Shown here piece by piece: positions 50,680-52,880 of a stretch of DNA of 52,880 bases. The position numbers and the translations under genes were made by a program. The stretch spans positions 1 to 52,880 of the forward strand of contig CDMY01000551.1 in assembly GCA_001179505.1 (NCBI GenBank), given 5' to 3'. Numbering within the stretch: position 1 is the stretch's first letter; every line of letters begins with the position of its first letter. Below the pieces are notes generated by a model. The model did no database searches. It saw nothing but the letters and a program-made list of their open reading frames with translations, and was not told the DNA's origin. The stretch comes from Vitrella brassicaformis CCMP3155. Its lineage: Eukaryota > Protista > Chromerida.

Positions 50680-51981
50680 ATGCTGCTGTCCCCTCGCGAT
50701 CCCTCAAGTTCCCCCAGCCCTCCATCTTCCCCATCATCCGCCGCACTCTCGGCATCGTCATCGGCTGAATGCAGCTCGCCGCGAGCAGCCGCAGCCAACA
50801 AAAGGGCGGTCTACACGCTACTGGCCTTCTCAGCCCTCTTTCTCGTCCTTCTCGCATTGACGTGGAGTCACCACATGGGCATGGGGGGGGTCGGCCAGGA
50901 CGTGGCGCTGCAGCGCGGTTACCAAGATAGGTGGACGAGCATCCCTGTGGCGATGCTGAGGCGCTCTCGAGGTGGGGGCGCCGCATCAGCATCAGCGGAT
51001 CCAGTCCATTCGTCATCCCCGTCCCTCTTCCCCACTCCCTACTGGTACCCTCAGCTGCGGTGGGTGTTCGTCATCACCCCCACCCACAGGCGCTTCACGC
51101 AGCGGCTAGATCTCGTCAGGCTGGGAAACACTCTCGGCCACGTGGACAACGTGTATTGGGTTCTGGTGGAGGACAGCGCCAGGCGGTCACACAAGGTGGA
51201 CAGGTGGCTGAATGCCAGCATGGTGCAGCACTGGGCCCACTTATGGCGGCCGACACGGGGCAGGTGGCAGGTCAGGGGCGCACAGCAGCGGAACCACGGG
51301 ATTGCTCAACTCAGGCAGATGATCAACGAGGAGACTGACCAAGCGCTTAGGAAGGCTTACCAGGTGATTGACAAGATATCTGCGCACGGAGCTCTCCCCA
51401 CCTGTCTGTCCTTCTGTCTGCAATCGCATCGCATCTTATCAGGATGGTGTTGTTTACTTTGCCGATGACGACAACGCGTACGATGTTGCGCTGTTCGACC
51501 AGATCAGACAGGTCCGCTCCCTGGGTGCGTGGCCTGTCGGTCTGTGTGGCGGCCACTTCGTCCAGCGGTGCATCGTCGACCCGGGCACGGGCAAGATCGT
51601 CGACTACATCGCATGGAACGCACGGAATCGCAAATTCCCCATCGATATGGCGGGCTTTGGGGCGCATGTAAGGCACTTTCTGTCACCCGATTCGCCTGAG
51701 GACGTGCCCATGTTCAACGTGAGCAGCATGAGCGGGCAGCTGGAGAGCGACTTCATCGACGGTTTCGGTATCCCGCTGGCGGAAATAGAACCATTGGGGG
51801 ACAACTGCACAAAGGTCAGCCAGTTGAGTCGGGAGTGGAGGACAGACAGGCTCGTGCAGCTCAGCTTTGTTGACCTCCCCCCCTTGTGTTGCGTTGTGGT
51901 GTGCAGGTGAATGTGTGGCACGTGCGGACGGCTGTCGAGAACTTCACCCGCTACTCGTTTGACGAGTTGTTTGATGTGTGA
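50680..51981 (+). CDS. B3GAT: GT43 family glucuronosyltransferase (B3GAT/GlcAT-I-like), type II membrane protein
   Basis: N-terminal TM anchor; VITPTH.R..Q..DL.RL.NTL.HV..V.WVLVED; RG..QRN; GVVYFADDDNAYD..LF..IR; WPVG; RKFPIDMAGF; G.LESDF; EPL..NCTKVNVWHVRT. Confidence 0.93.
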
Positions 51982-52692
51982 TCGATCGGCTCACTGGCCG
52001 AGCCGAGCTCGTTTGTCACGTTGATTGGATGATAGGACTCTCATGGACGTACGTACGTACATCGATCGTTTTTCAGATTTTGCAACGAGCGAGCGGTCCG
52101 GTCGACGCTGGAGCATGTGATGTGATAGTGATGTGATGTAATTCCTTGCCTGCCTGCTTTTTATCTGTTTTGAGGTGTCCGTCTGCATTGATCTGATCTG
52201 ATCGATGCGTGTCGTGTGCACCCAGATACCGTACCCGTGTGCATGCGGATGTCCATAGTCAGTCTACCATAGATGGATGGCTGAGGCCAGAGCTGCGCAC
52301 CGCGGGATGCGCAAGTGTACTGGATAGATAGATCAGTCACGAGTCGTGTCTTGCTGGAGGGAGGCCGGGTGCCAACGCAGTGGGTCTGTTTCTTTGTCAT
52401 TGTGACATTGGTCACGCTGAGCACGTCTGCTTTGCTTCTGAGCGTCAGGCGTGCGGGGGCGTGATTAAGGCACCGTGACAAAGGAACACACCCTGCCGGC
52501 ATGCCCCAGCTGCATCATGCATGTGTGGCCTGCCTGCACGTCACCCATGCACGTGAACATGAGTTTCCTAGGTCAGCATCATGACCCTTGCGTGTAGACA
52601 GGGGGAGAAACTGTCATTAACCGTAACACTCGTTTGTGTGTCCGTGATACTCATACAAATACAGTCCCATCAGCACGCAGAGTCAAACAGGC

Positions 52693-52880
52693 TCAAGGGG
52701 AGGAGGGATCAATCCCCGCCCCATCAGCACACCCCAGTCCCGCAAACCCTCCCCTCCCTCCCCCACGCAGACAGAAGCTAGTCGCACGCGCGAGGGCGAT
52801 AGACAAGCGAGAGCGAATCCATCCAGACACATGACTGAACCCCCGACCCTTCCACCCCTCCTTCTCCAACAGCGCATGAG
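52693..52880 (-). mobile_element. Probable 3' end of a CRE/R2-type non-LTR retrotransposon ORF (tail of the restriction-like endonuclease), running off the window
   Basis: A frame not in the ORF track (codons from 52878) reads HALLEKEGWKGRGFSHVSGWIRSRLSIALARATSFCLRGGGRGG...*. This matches the recalled S.V.gWIR.RLSfAL.Ra...CLRG terminal motif of CRE-clade RLE domains. Confidence 0.6.

Overview
This is an intron-rich, GC-rich eukaryotic window, not a prokaryotic one. It has short GT-AG introns (mostly 60-120 nt) packed with CA/GT/GA microsatellites and a GluRS with a signal peptide followed by Phe. The style suggests a photosynthetic alveolate such as the chromerid Vitrella; that is inference and was not checked. 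By splicing by hand I find about 18 protein-coding genes: a divergent Miro GTPase, an intracellular R-S-E ADP-ribosyltransferase, a glutathionyl-hydroquinone reductase, a SURNod19/Cu-monooxygenase-like secreted protein, a 103-aa secreted peptide precursor, a transcriptional cyclin, a TM-RING ligase, a coiled-coil/PH protein, a secreted Cys-rich protein with a Lys/Thr tail, a small 2-TM protein, an SLC35A-like transporter, an ankyrin-anoctamin fusion, a PH-like protein, P5C reductase, a Tul1/FLY-type RING-H2 ligase, a GYF protein, an organellar GluRS and a GT43 glucuronosyltransferase. There is also a ~370-bp dispersed repeat in two copies, a 300-N gap, and the 3' end of a probable CRE-like non-LTR retrotransposon. 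The strongest leads are: (1) an in-frame TGA at a conserved Cys in the SURNod19-like gene, inside a 90-nt exitron-like segment; (2) strand-polarised (CA)n...(TG)n introns that could fold 5' end to 3' end; (3) an ankyrin-anoctamin that has lost most Ca2+ ligands; (4) an unannotated secreted amphipathic peptide; (5) an AAGCTCGC(AG) motif in head-to-head promoters. Most ORF-track entries are antisense or intron read-through artefacts. Exon boundaries were inferred manually and family assignments come from recalled motifs; no searches were run.
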